From Ginsengibacter sp. (lineage in GTDB: Bacteria; Bacteroidota; Bacteroidia; Chitinophagales; Chitinophagaceae), in contig JBQCFI010000289.1 of assembly GCA_051959325.1 (NCBI GenBank), positions 28,142-92,141 of the forward strand: a stretch of DNA of 64,000 nucleotides, read 5' to 3'. The position numbers and the translations under genes were made by a program. The notes under the pieces were generated by a model, which saw only the letters and a list, made by a program, of their open reading frames with translations, had not been told where the DNA came from and searched no databases. Each line of letters begins with the position of its first letter. Position 1 is the first letter of the stretch. Shown here piece by piece: positions 28,912 through 38,303 of the stretch.

Positions 28912-30006
28912 ATGAAAAAAACATTCCTGCATACCGGCATTTATTTGATAATAGCAGCTTTCCTGGTTAGTTGCGGTGAAAATAAAAAGCAAACCATACC
29001 AACAAAAACGAACACCATAGATACCTTAGATGCATTTGTTGTAACACAGCAACCGGTAAATAAAATTGCTTCACTTCCTTCTCAACTGGCACCTTTTGAA
29101 AAAGCGGAATTGTTCGCCAAAATTCCAGGTTATGTAAAGACAATGAAAGTGGATATTGGTGACCACGTAAAAGCCGGGCAGGTACTGGCAATTATGGAAG
29201 CAGCAGAAAACAATGCGAATCTTCTGGAATCCATTTCATCTGCACAGGCGGCGCAGGCAAAGTATCAAACCAGCAAGGATTATTACGACAGGTTGGTGAA
29301 TGCGGCAAAAGAACCGGGAGCGGTGGCGGAAAGTGAATTAATAAGAGCGAAAAACCAAATGAATGCAGATAATTCAGCATCACTTGCGGCAAAGCAAGCT
29401 TCACAGGCATATAGCCAAATCAGCGGCTACCTGACTCTTAAAGCGCCGTTTGCCGGTGTAATTACACAGCGCAATGCAGACCCCGGCAACCTGGTTAGCA
29501 GCAGCAATGCAAAGCCTTTGCTGATTTTAGAAAAGGATGTGGTACTTCGTTTAAAAGTACCGGTCCCCGAAACATACATGGATGCCGCTTCGCAAGCAAA
29601 AAAAATAAGCTTTACCGTGGATGCAATACCAGGTAAAAGTTTTACGGCTAACTTATATCGCAAATCAAACACCATTGATTTAACCAACAGAACGGAATTG
29701 TGGGAGTTTTTGGTAAAGAATGATGATAAACAATTACGGTCGGGGATGTATGTAACTGTTAACCTGCCGCTTCAAAGAAAACAACCTTCCCTTGTAGTCC
29801 CTTATTCAGCAGTAGCAACCACTTTAGAGAAAAAATTTGTAATCAAATACCACAATGGACAAACGGAATGGGTTGATGTACGAAATGGTATTAATATGGA
29901 TAGCACTATTGAAATATTCGGTGACCTTATGCCTGGTGACACTTTATTGAAAAAGGGAACCGATGAAGTAAAGAGCGGAACTAAGGTTGCGATACAAATG
30001 CAGTAA
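28912..30006 (+). CDS. RND periplasmic adaptor lipoprotein
   Basis: Lipobox LVSC; DIGDHVKAGQ, LKAPFAGVI, LRSGMY. Confidence 0.92.
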   Translation: MKKTFLHTGIYLIIAAFLVSCGENKKQTIPTKTNTIDTLDAFVVTQQPVNKIASLPSQLAPFEKAELFAKIPGYVKTMKVDIGDHVKAGQVLAIMEAAENNANLLESISSAQAAQAKYQTSKDYYDRLVNAAKEPGAVAESELIRAKNQMNADNSASLAAKQASQAYSQISGYLTLKAPFAGVITQRNADPGNLVSSSNAKPLLILEKDVVLRLKVPVPETYMDAASQAKKISFTVDAIPGKSFTANLYRKSNTIDLTNRTELWEFLVKNDDKQLRSGMYVTVNLPLQRKQPSLVVPYSAVATTLEKKFVIKYHNGQTEWVDVRNGINMDSTIEIFGDLMPGDTLLKKGTDEVKSGTKVAIQMQ

Positions 30007-30071
30007 ACAAACAAATTTTAGATATTTTGCTTTAGCCTCTTCCCAAAAAAAAATTTAGGATAAGCTGGCTT

Positions 30072-30100
30072 ATGTACCACAATATTTTCATTCATACCAT
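30072..30100 (+). promoter_or_regulatory. Putative AraC operator 2 upstream of doxX
   Basis: ATGTACCACAATATTTTCATTCATACCAT. Confidence 0.62.
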
Positions 30101-30158
30101 AAAATAATCTTTTCCTGCACAATACTTGTAGCAATTGGAATAATTTAAACATAAAGCC

Positions 30159-30587
30159 ATGATAGCCACCTTAAGGACTTTCAACGTACCAACTCTTTTG
30201 CCCCGTCTTGCCGTTGGGTTAATATTTGCCTCAGAAGGCATACAAAAATTTTTGTTCGCTGATGAGTTAGGCACTGGCCGTTTTGTAAAAATCGGGTTTA
30301 GCAATCCTGCTTTTTGGGCTTATTTCGCTGGCGTATTTGAAATAGTTTGTGGCATTTTAATTTTGATAGGATTGTTAACCAGACTCGCTGCCGTCCCGCT
30401 TTTAATTATTATGATTGTCGCCTTCATTACCACTAAATATCCTGGATTAATTAATAAAGGTTTTTGGTTTATGGCCCACGATTACAGAACGGATTTTGCC
30501 ATGACCTTATTATTGATTTATCTGCTTGTTTATGGTGGAGGAAATTTTTCCATAGACAAAAAAATCTCTCATTCTAAAATAATATAA
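30159..30587 (+). CDS. DoxX-family membrane protein
   Basis: RLAVGLIF..EGIQK, EIVCGILILIGLLTRLAA, GGG.FSID. Confidence 0.9.
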   Translation: MIATLRTFNVPTLLPRLAVGLIFASEGIQKFLFADELGTGRFVKIGFSNPAFWAYFAGVFEIVCGILILIGLLTRLAAVPLLIIMIVAFITTKYPGLINKGFWFMAHDYRTDFAMTLLLIYLLVYGGGNFSIDKKISHSKII

Positions 30588-30740
30588 AAATGAAACAGGA
30601 TTATTACCAACCCGATGAATTATCTAAAACCAAATAAGATATATAATGGAAATTTTGAAAAGTCATTGAATGTATAACAGCCCTGTTTTACGCCAAAGAT
30701 TTAACAACAAACTTTTTATTAATTTTTAAAACAAATAATT

Positions 30741-30953
30741 ATGCAAAACGAAAACAGTAACAATCCGATGGATCACACTTCCAATTTAAAAAAAGAAATG
30801 TCCGCATTAATTGAACATTTGCGCAGCGATGTATCAAAGGTGGATGACGCTTCGGCAAAGGCGCTTTTTGAAGTTTCAGCCGAAGTGCTTTCAGGCCTTA
30901 AAAAATCTTTTGAGGATTTTGAGCAAAAGAATGAAGGAGCGTGGAAAAAGTAA
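30741..30953 (+). CDS. Small helical hypothetical protein
   Basis: Clean ORF with AT-rich leader; amphipathic helices (ALFEVSAEVLSGL). Confidence 0.65.
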   Translation: MQNENSNNPMDHTSNLKKEMSALIEHLRSDVSKVDDASAKALFEVSAEVLSGLKKSFEDFEQKNEGAWKK

Positions 30954-30968
30954 AATGAATCACATAAA

Positions 30969-31057
30969 ATGGCTGAATTTTTTCCGTTGAATATTTTATT
31001 TATGTAATCATTTTTGCTGCTGCAGTTGCTTATGTGATTTATACTTTATTTGATGGC
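30969..31057 (+). pseudogene. Decayed copy of the 5' end of the TauE/SafE gene at 32705
   Basis: ATGGCTGAATTTTT...ATTTTATTTATGTAATCATTTTT...GTTGC.TA matches 32705 onward; contains indels. Confidence 0.8.
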
Positions 31058-31185
31058 AACTTCGCTTTAGGAAAAATCAGAGAAACTTTGAAGGAAATCT
31101 TTGCGGGTTTTTATTGATAAAAAAAGTATCAGGCATTTAAAATCATAAACTCATATAACCTAAGTTCTATTCAAATTATATAATC

Positions 31186-32679
31186 ATGGACAGAAGAAAA
31201 TTTTTAAAATGGGGCGGAGCGATGGTGCCACTTGCCAGCGCTTTTCCTGCCGGCGCTGCTCAACTTTTAGAAGAAAAAAATCCGGCAGTTATAAAGAAAC
31301 CCAAGCCTGAAAAATCTTTGGATGAAAATCCCGATTATACACTTCGTATTGGCACCGGCCTAATTGAAGTTGGCCCGCAACATATAATTTCAACTACCAC
31401 TTATAACGGGCAGTTTCCAGGCCCATTGCTGCGCTTTAAAGAGGGGCAGCGCACGATAGTTGATATTTATAATGATACGGATACGCCGGAACAGTTTCAT
31501 TGGCATGGCCAGTTCGTTTCGCCTGATGTTGATGGCGCTGCAGAAGAACGAACACCGTACATTCCTGCCCATGGCATGCGCCGGGAAATTTTTATACCAG
31601 GCCCTGCAGGGTTCCGCTTTTATCATACTCATGTGATTGCCCGAGACAATCTTAATGCCGGCCAATATAATGGCGAGGTAGGCCCGGTTTATATTGAACC
31701 TAAAAATGAGCCTGGTAATTATGACCGGGAAGAGTTTATCATATTGAAAGAGTTTGAACCAATATTTATGCGTGGCGGCGATATGGCTATGGATTTTTTA
31801 TCCGGTACGGAGATCCCTGAATTGAAAGCGATAGCAGAAAAAAATGAAAAAGATGCAGGTAGTTTACCTAAAGGATATGAAGTAGGTTATAAAACCTTTA
31901 CGATTAATGGCCATCAGCTTGGCCATGGCAAACCTGTTAAGGTAAAATACGGAGAGCGCATCATGTTTCACATTCTTAATGGAAGCGCTACTGAAATTCG
32001 CAGCCTTGCCTTGCCGGGGCATACTTTTAAAGTAGTAGCGCTTGATGGCAATCCGGTTCCAAATCCTGCAGAAGTGCCGGTGCTGTGGATTGGCACAGCC
32101 GAAAGGATTTCTGCTATTGTAGAAATGAAACATCCAGGCGTATGGATAATGGGAGATTTAGCAGATGATGATCGCGGAAACGGGATGGGAATAATAGTAG
32201 AATATGAAAATCAAAAAGGAAACCCAAAGTGGATAAAGCCTAAACCGTTTAAATGGGATTATTCCATTTTTGGGAAGCATAATTCCCCGGCGCCGGAGCC
32301 TGATGAAGTCATTCAAATGATGTTTGCAAAGAACCGGGCTGCAGATAATGGTTTTAACCGTTGGACTATTAATGGCGTAGCTTTCGACATGATGAAGATG
32401 CCGGTAATGTTTGAACTAAAAAAAGGCAAGCGTTACCGGCTGCACATGCGCAATGCCGCCGATGACCTTCATCCAATGCACCTGCACCGCCATAGTTTTG
32501 AAATTACAAAGATAGGCGGCAAAAGCACTTCCGGCATTATTAAAGATGTAGCTATGCTCGGTGGTTTTCAGGAAATGGATATAGACTTCACAGCAAACAA
32601 CCCGGGGCTTACTTTATTTCATTGCCACATGCAAATTCACATGGACTTCGGCTTTATGGCTTTGTTCAATTATGTTTAA
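31186..32679 (+). CDS. Tat-exported multicopper oxidase
   Basis: MDRRKFLK twin-Arg; HWHG, FYHTH, HPMHLH, HCHMQIHMDFGFM. Confidence 0.93.
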   Translation: MDRRKFLKWGGAMVPLASAFPAGAAQLLEEKNPAVIKKPKPEKSLDENPDYTLRIGTGLIEVGPQHIISTTTYNGQFPGPLLRFKEGQRTIVDIYNDTDTPEQFHWHGQFVSPDVDGAAEERTPYIPAHGMRREIFIPGPAGFRFYHTHVIARDNLNAGQYNGEVGPVYIEPKNEPGNYDREEFIILKEFEPIFMRGGDMAMDFLSGTEIPELKAIAEKNEKDAGSLPKGYEVGYKTFTINGHQLGHGKPVKVKYGERIMFHILNGSATEIRSLALPGHTFKVVALDGNPVPNPAEVPVLWIGTAERISAIVEMKHPGVWIMGDLADDDRGNGMGIIVEYENQKGNPKWIKPKPFKWDYSIFGKHNSPAPEPDEVIQMMFAKNRAADNGFNRWTINGVAFDMMKMPVMFELKKGKRYRLHMRNAADDLHPMHLHRHSFEITKIGGKSTSGIIKDVAMLGGFQEMDIDFTANNPGLTLFHCHMQIHMDFGFMALFNYV

Positions 32680-32704
32680 AAAAAGATTACAACAACAATA
32701 AAAA

Positions 32705-33457
32705 ATGGCTGAATTTTTCTCAGGTGATTATTTTATTTATGTAATCATTTTTTTGGCGGCGGCGGTTGCATACATTATCTCTACTTTATCAGGCGGCGGC
32801 GGTTCTTTATTGTTGGTTCCTGTCATCAATTTTTTAATTGGCGTTAAGGCTACTGCGCCGGTTATTAATTTAGGAAATCTGATTGGCCAGCCGGTTCGCA
32901 TTATTTTATTCTGGAAATATATTAACTGGAAAATCACTTTATATTATGTGCCTTCGGCAATAGCAGGTGCGGTTTTAAGCGCATGGGTTTTTAGCAGCCT
33001 CAAACTGGAATGGCTGCAAATAGTGGTAGGGCTTTTTTTAATCAGCACTATATTTCAATATCGTTTCGGGAAAAAGGAAAGGTCGTTTAAAATGAGTCTG
33101 AAAGGATTTATTCCACTGGGTTTTTTTGTGGCTTTCTTTTCCACACTTATTGGTGCAACCGGCCCTGTTCTAAATCCTTTTTATTTAAATTATGGATTGG
33201 AAAAAGAACCCATGATTGCAACAAAAACCATGAATTCCTTTTTCGTTGGCTTAGTTCAAATTTCCAGCTACACCGCATTGGGTTCTCTGCATGGCAAATT
33301 ATGGTTTTATGGAATTGCGTTAGGATTGGGAGCTTCGTTAGGCAACTGGATTGGCAAACGATTTTTAAAGAAAGTAAGTGGAAACACTTTTAGGATTTTT
33401 GTTATTTTGATAATGGTTATTAGTGGTGTAATTATGATTGTAAAGCAGCTTGTTTAG
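32705..33457 (+). CDS. TauE/SafE (TSUP) family membrane protein
   Basis: STLSGGGGSLL and STLIGATGP repeats; eight hydrophobic segments. Confidence 0.88.
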   Translation: MAEFFSGDYFIYVIIFLAAAVAYIISTLSGGGGSLLLVPVINFLIGVKATAPVINLGNLIGQPVRIILFWKYINWKITLYYVPSAIAGAVLSAWVFSSLKLEWLQIVVGLFLISTIFQYRFGKKERSFKMSLKGFIPLGFFVAFFSTLIGATGPVLNPFYLNYGLEKEPMIATKTMNSFFVGLVQISSYTALGSLHGKLWFYGIALGLGASLGNWIGKRFLKKVSGNTFRIFVILIMVISGVIMIVKQLV

Positions 33458-33640
33458 CCGCAAAGGCTATTGAAACAACCCATTACCTGATGACGTGCAG
33501 AAATGTGAGGAATGGATTTTAGAGAATTTGAAAAAGATTGAAATGAGTGAATTTTGCCAGAAGGGTGTACTTTAATTCCAGAATTCTATGATAAAATCAT
33601 TTTTAAGGAAAGTAATTTTACAGTCAAAATAAAAAGTAAA

Positions 33641-33853
33641 ATGAAAACGATTCAGGTAAAAACGAACATCATGTGTGGCTCTTGCATGGCAAAAGCAACG
33701 CCGGTATTAAATGAAACTTTTGGAGAAAACAATTGGAAAGTAGATACACAAAATCCAAAGAAAGTGCTGACAGTTTCAACAGAAGATGAAAATGTGAATA
33801 GGGTAATAAAAGCAGTGGAAAAAGCTGGTTATAAAGCAGAAGAAATAGTTTAA
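33641..33853 (+). CDS. HMA-domain copper chaperone (CopZ-like)
   Basis: TNIMCGSC, KAGYKAE; ATG 33641. Confidence 0.88.
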   Translation: MKTIQVKTNIMCGSCMAKATPVLNETFGENNWKVDTQNPKKVLTVSTEDENVNRVIKAVEKAGYKAEEIV

Positions 33854-33953
33854 AAAAGTTGTTACAAAAATGGTAACATTTTTGATACTAATCCAAAAGT
33901 TATAAATCTTTAAGAAACTTATTTTAAATAAAATGTAGCTTGCACTTTGATAA

Positions 33954-34406
33954 ATGAATAGAAAAAAGTCCATACAACTTAAAGCAGCATTTTTGTTAAT
34001 TGCATTTTCCTTAAATACAGTTATCGGCTTTGCATGCTCTGTTGGATTGGATATGGGCTTTAATTCGCATCATCATGAGGAAAGCGCGACAGAAACAGAA
34101 GGTATTCATCAACACTATAAAAAATCTAATCATCATGATGAAGCAGATGTCCATCACCATACAACAAATAACGATAAAGACAATTGTTGTAATGATAGCG
34201 TGATGAAATTTCAAAAAGTTGACAAAGCTCTTGCTTCGTCTATAAACATAATCAGTCCAGTATTTTTTACTTCATTCATCGCTTCCTTTTATCATATTGA
34301 TATTTTATCTTCTAATAATAGCATTTCAACTATCAAATATTTTGTCCGAAGTTATCATCCCCCCATACCGGACATCCGTATAGCGATTCAGAGTTTTCAA
34401 ATATGA
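33954..34406 (+). CDS. His-rich hypothetical protein heading the copper cluster
   Basis: N-terminal hydrophobic helix, HHHE/HHDE/HHH, CC pair, C-terminal YHPPIPDIR. Confidence 0.75.
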   Translation: MNRKKSIQLKAAFLLIAFSLNTVIGFACSVGLDMGFNSHHHEESATETEGIHQHYKKSNHHDEADVHHHTTNNDKDNCCNDSVMKFQKVDKALASSINIISPVFFTSFIASFYHIDILSSNNSISTIKYFVRSYHPPIPDIRIAIQSFQI

Positions 34407-34426
34407 TTTAATGTTTTAACTATTTC

Positions 34427-34448
34427 TGTCCCGAAAATCTTCGGGGCA
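34427..34448 (+). terminator. Hairpin after the His-rich gene
   Basis: TGTCCCGAA-AATC-TTCGGGGCA, followed by AT-rich sequence. Confidence 0.45.
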
Positions 34449-34487
34449 TGTAATTATTTTATTTTATAAACATTAAATCAATTAACA

Positions 34488-35015
34488 ATGAACACAAAGA
34501 TTCAGGAGTTAAAAAACTCAACTATCTCTGTTGGTAAAAAAGTATTTCTAATCCTTGCTTTTATAGCAACTGCTTTTGTACAAAAATCTTTCTCTCAGGA
34601 TACAGCAGTACAGGTACAACAACCTTCTCAATTACTTTCCTTATACTACAACATCAAAGATGCATTAGTAAAGTCTGATGCGGCAACTGCAGCTTTAAAT
34701 GCAGAGCAATTTGTAAAAACTATAAACGGAATCAGCGATAGAATCATCTCTGAAGAAAGCCGTAATGCATTATTGAAAGATGCCGGTGTTATTTCCGATA
34801 GCAAAGACATTAAAAAACAACGCCAGGTTTTTGCAAATCTTTCTGCTAATATGTATGCTTTGGCTAAAGCGATGAAACTAAGTACTGATGCTGTTTATTA
34901 CAATTATTGCCCAATGAAAAAATCGTATTGGCTGAGCAATAATAAGGTGATCAAAAATCCTTATTTCGGTACCGCTATGCTTACTTGTGGCAAGATTGCT
35001 GAAACGATAGAGTAA
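34488..35015 (+). CDS. DUF3347 protein
   Basis: YYNIKDALV, QR..F..LS, YCPMKK..WLS...IKNPYFG..MLTCG. Confidence 0.88.
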   Translation: MNTKIQELKNSTISVGKKVFLILAFIATAFVQKSFSQDTAVQVQQPSQLLSLYYNIKDALVKSDAATAALNAEQFVKTINGISDRIISEESRNALLKDAGVISDSKDIKKQRQVFANLSANMYALAKAMKLSTDAVYYNYCPMKKSYWLSNNKVIKNPYFGTAMLTCGKIAETIE

Positions 35016-35068
35016 ACCTACTTCACAGTAAACAGACAAATAACTCACATTTTAAATTTTAAAAAAAA

Positions 35069-35632
35069 ATGAAAAAAATAGTTTTTGCTATTGCAATAAG
35101 CGGCATCACATTAATGGCTTGCAATAGCACCAATAATAAAAACCCGGAAGCAAATAAAACGAATGATACCTCAACTACTACCCATGTAAGCCCTTTTACC
35201 TCGCCGGTAAATGGAATCTTGCATATCTACCTTCAAATGAAAAACGCTTTCGTCAATGATGATGATAAGGGCGCAGCCGATGCAGGAAATGAAATGGTAA
35301 AGGCACTGAATGATTTTGACAAAAATATATTAAACGACAGTGAAAGAAAACAATTTGCAGATATAGCAGATGATATGAAAGAAAATGCAGAACATATAGG
35401 TGCTAATGCTGGAAACATTAAGCACCAGCGCGAACACTTCGATATGCTTAGTAAAGACTTGTATGATATGGTAAAAACATTTGCAGCAGGCGAACAAATA
35501 TACGTTGACTATTGCCCCATGTATAATGATAATAAAGGCGCTATCTGGTTAGCCAAAACAAAGGAAATTAAAAATCCATACTTCGGAAAAGAAATGGATA
35601 CCTGTGGTTCAATAAAAGAAGAGCTAAAATAA
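35069..35632 (+). CDS. DUF3347 lipoprotein
   Basis: Lipobox LMAC; HQREHF, YCPMY, IKNPYFG.EMDTCG. Confidence 0.88.
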   Translation: MKKIVFAIAISGITLMACNSTNNKNPEANKTNDTSTTTHVSPFTSPVNGILHIYLQMKNAFVNDDDKGAADAGNEMVKALNDFDKNILNDSERKQFADIADDMKENAEHIGANAGNIKHQREHFDMLSKDLYDMVKTFAAGEQIYVDYCPMYNDNKGAIWLAKTKEIKNPYFGKEMDTCGSIKEELK

Positions 35633-35637
35633 AAAGC

Positions 35638-36102
35638 ATGAGCCGGATTAAAAAAATCGGGTTGATTGTGTTGGTAGTAATTATTGTCATTCAATTCATA
35701 CAACCTAACCGCAATGAAAGCGGGAAGGCTTTACCATCGGATATTTCAAAAGTATATAACGTTCCGGCACCTGTTTATTCTGTTTTAAAAAATGCCTGTT
35801 ATGATTGCCACAGCAACAATACCAACTATCCGTGGTATTCTAATATTCAGCCTTTTGGTTGGTGGCTTGCCTCTCATATTAAAAGAGGAAAAGAAGAATT
35901 GAATTTTAGTGAGTTTGACAATTACTCAACACGAAGGCAGCGAAGCAAGTTATTTTCTGTTGAAAAAAGTATTGAAGATGGAACGATGCCATTGCCTTCT
36001 TATGCTTTAATTCATAAAGATTCGCGGTTAACAAAGGAACAGAAAGGAATAATAATTGATTGGGCAGACAAAATAAAAGACAGCCTTAATAAAGCAGATT
36101 AG
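35638..36102 (+). CDS. Haem-binding domain protein (cytochrome c type)
   Basis: ACYDCHS CxxCH, YPWYS.IQP, MPLPSY. Confidence 0.88.
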   Translation: MSRIKKIGLIVLVVIIVIQFIQPNRNESGKALPSDISKVYNVPAPVYSVLKNACYDCHSNNTNYPWYSNIQPFGWWLASHIKRGKEELNFSEFDNYSTRRQRSKLFSVEKSIEDGTMPLPSYALIHKDSRLTKEQKGIIIDWADKIKDSLNKAD

Positions 36103-36189
36103 AAATGGAGAAAACAAAAGAAATACTGATTAAAATTTTCAAAGCAATTTTCATCCGAAAGAAAGATTGCTGTAAATAAACCATTTGTT

Positions 36190-38292
36190 ATGGAACATCA
36201 AAAAGAAACATTGCATCAAAATCATGCAGGACATGAAATGAACCATATGCAGCATGATGACCATTCAACCATGAAACATGAAGGCCACGACATGAGCGGA
36301 ATGCATCATGACGAAAATCCTGCGATGGGCCATGAAGGCCACAACCATCATGCGATGATGGTTTCTGATTTTAAAAAGCGGTTTTATGTAGTGCTGGCGC
36401 TCACCATTCCTATCCTGATGCTATCACCCATGATTCAACAATTTATGGGAGTGAACTGGCTGTTTACAGGTTCTTCCTATATCTTGTTTGGACTGTCATC
36501 TATCGTATATTTTTATGGAGGATGGCCTTTTTTAAAAGGCCTGGTTGATGAAGTAAAAGCTAAAAATCCAGGCATGATGTTTTTAATTGGCTTTGCCATC
36601 ACGGTCGCTTATATCTACAGTGTAGCAGTGGTGTTTGGATTGAGAGGGATGGATTTTTTCTGGGAATTGAGCACACTGATTCTCATTATGCTTTTAGGAC
36701 ATTGGATAGAAATGAAATCGGTAATGGGCGCTTCGAAAGAACTGGAATTACTGGTACAACTAATGCCTTCAGAAGCGCATATGGTAATGGAGGATAAGGT
36801 GCATGATGTAAAGACAGACACACTTAAAGAAAATGATGTTATCCTGGTAAAGCCGGGAGAAAAAGTAGCGGCAGACGGCGTTATTTCAGAAGGCGAAACT
36901 TATCTCAATGAATCTATGCTAACGGGGGAATCGAAACCTGTAAAAAAAGTAAAAGGCGATGAAGTAATTGCTGGTTCTATTAACGGAAACGGAGCTATCA
37001 AGGTAACGGTTTCTCATGCTTCCAAAGACTCGTACCTGGCGCAGGTAATCAAACTGGTAGATGATGCACAAAAATCAAAATCCAAAACACAGTTGCTTGC
37101 AGATAAGGCTGCAAGATGGTTAACCATTATTGCGATTGCAGCTGGTGTTGCCACGTTTTTATATTGGTATCTGACGGGACAAACTTTGGCTTTTGCGATG
37201 CAACGAATGGTAACCGTTATTGTAATTTGTTGCCCGCATGCATTGGGATTAGCCGTTCCTTTAGTTGTTGCAAAATCAACCGCATTATCAGCTAAGAACG
37301 GAATACTGATAAAGAACAGGACTGCCTTTGAAAATTCAAGAAAAATTACCACTATCGTTTTCGATAAAACCGGAACGCTTACTATCGGAAAATTTGAAGT
37401 ATCAAAAGTTATTTCGCTTAATAGTGATTTTAATGAAAAAGAAATCATTCGCGTGGCTGCTGCGTTAGAGCAAAAATCCGAGCATCCTATTGCAACCGGT
37501 ATTCTTCAAAAAGCAAAAGAACTTTCAGTTACTATTCCATCAGCAGAAGATTTTAATGCCATAACCGGCAAAGGAGTAGAAGCTACCGTAGAAGGCAAAA
37601 AAATATTTGTTGTTAGCCCTGGTTATTTAAAAGAAAATAATATTCCTCTTCCCGAAGGATTCAAAGCAAATGATACAGAAACGGTAGTGTTTGTAATCTT
37701 TAATAATGAATTAGCGGGATACATTGCATTATCCGATGAAATCCGGCCGGAATCTATAGAAGCAATTAAAACTTTAAAGGAAAATCATATTAAATCTGTA
37801 TTGCTGACGGGTGATAATAATAAAGTTGCAAAAAGTGTAAGCAATACTTTGGGCATGGATAGTTTTATTGCAGAAGTGCTGCCACACCAAAAATTAGAGG
37901 AAATTAAAAAGTTGCAAAGTCAAGGCGAATTTGTAGCTATGACAGGAGACGGCGTAAATGATGCGCCTGCATTGGCACAGGCAGATGTAGGTATCGCAGT
38001 AGGAAGCGGCAGTGATATTGCTGCTGAAACCGCCGGAATTATTTTGGTAAATAGTAACCCAAAAGACATCGTTAAGTTGATTTTATTTGGCAAAGCCACC
38101 TATCGCAAAATGATTCAGAATTTAATATGGGCAACCGGTTACAATGTGGTCGCATTGCCATTGGCAGCAGGAGTTTTATACAAGGAAGGCATCTTATTAA
38201 GCCCCGCAGCAGGCGCAGTTTTAATGACTCTTAGTACGATTGTAGTTGCCATTAATGCAAGCAGGTTATCGGTAAAAAAATCAAACCAGTAA
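36190..38292 (+). CDS. Copper P1B-type ATPase (CopB-like, P1B-3)
   Basis: His/Met-rich N-terminus, TGES, CPH in the metal-binding TM helix, DKTGT, GDGVNDAP. Confidence 0.93.
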   Translation: MEHQKETLHQNHAGHEMNHMQHDDHSTMKHEGHDMSGMHHDENPAMGHEGHNHHAMMVSDFKKRFYVVLALTIPILMLSPMIQQFMGVNWLFTGSSYILFGLSSIVYFYGGWPFLKGLVDEVKAKNPGMMFLIGFAITVAYIYSVAVVFGLRGMDFFWELSTLILIMLLGHWIEMKSVMGASKELELLVQLMPSEAHMVMEDKVHDVKTDTLKENDVILVKPGEKVAADGVISEGETYLNESMLTGESKPVKKVKGDEVIAGSINGNGAIKVTVSHASKDSYLAQVIKLVDDAQKSKSKTQLLADKAARWLTIIAIAAGVATFLYWYLTGQTLAFAMQRMVTVIVICCPHALGLAVPLVVAKSTALSAKNGILIKNRTAFENSRKITTIVFDKTGTLTIGKFEVSKVISLNSDFNEKEIIRVAAALEQKSEHPIATGILQKAKELSVTIPSAEDFNAITGKGVEATVEGKKIFVVSPGYLKENNIPLPEGFKANDTETVVFVIFNNELAGYIALSDEIRPESIEAIKTLKENHIKSVLLTGDNNKVAKSVSNTLGMDSFIAEVLPHQKLEEIKKLQSQGEFVAMTGDGVNDAPALAQADVGIAVGSGSDIAAETAGIILVNSNPKDIVKLILFGKATYRKMIQNLIWATGYNVVALPLAAGVLYKEGILLSPAAGAVLMTLSTIVVAINASRLSVKKSNQ

Positions 38293-38303
38293 AACAACAA
38301 AAA

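Noticed and set aside
31079-33540. Reverse-orientation look-alikes of the response-regulator box near 31080-31105 and 33515-33540
   Set aside because: Wrong orientation for the downstream genes and no -7 box at the 6-nt spacing.
36220-36360. CATGA-rich repeats
   Set aside because: Explained by the His/Met-rich N-terminus of the copper ATPase.
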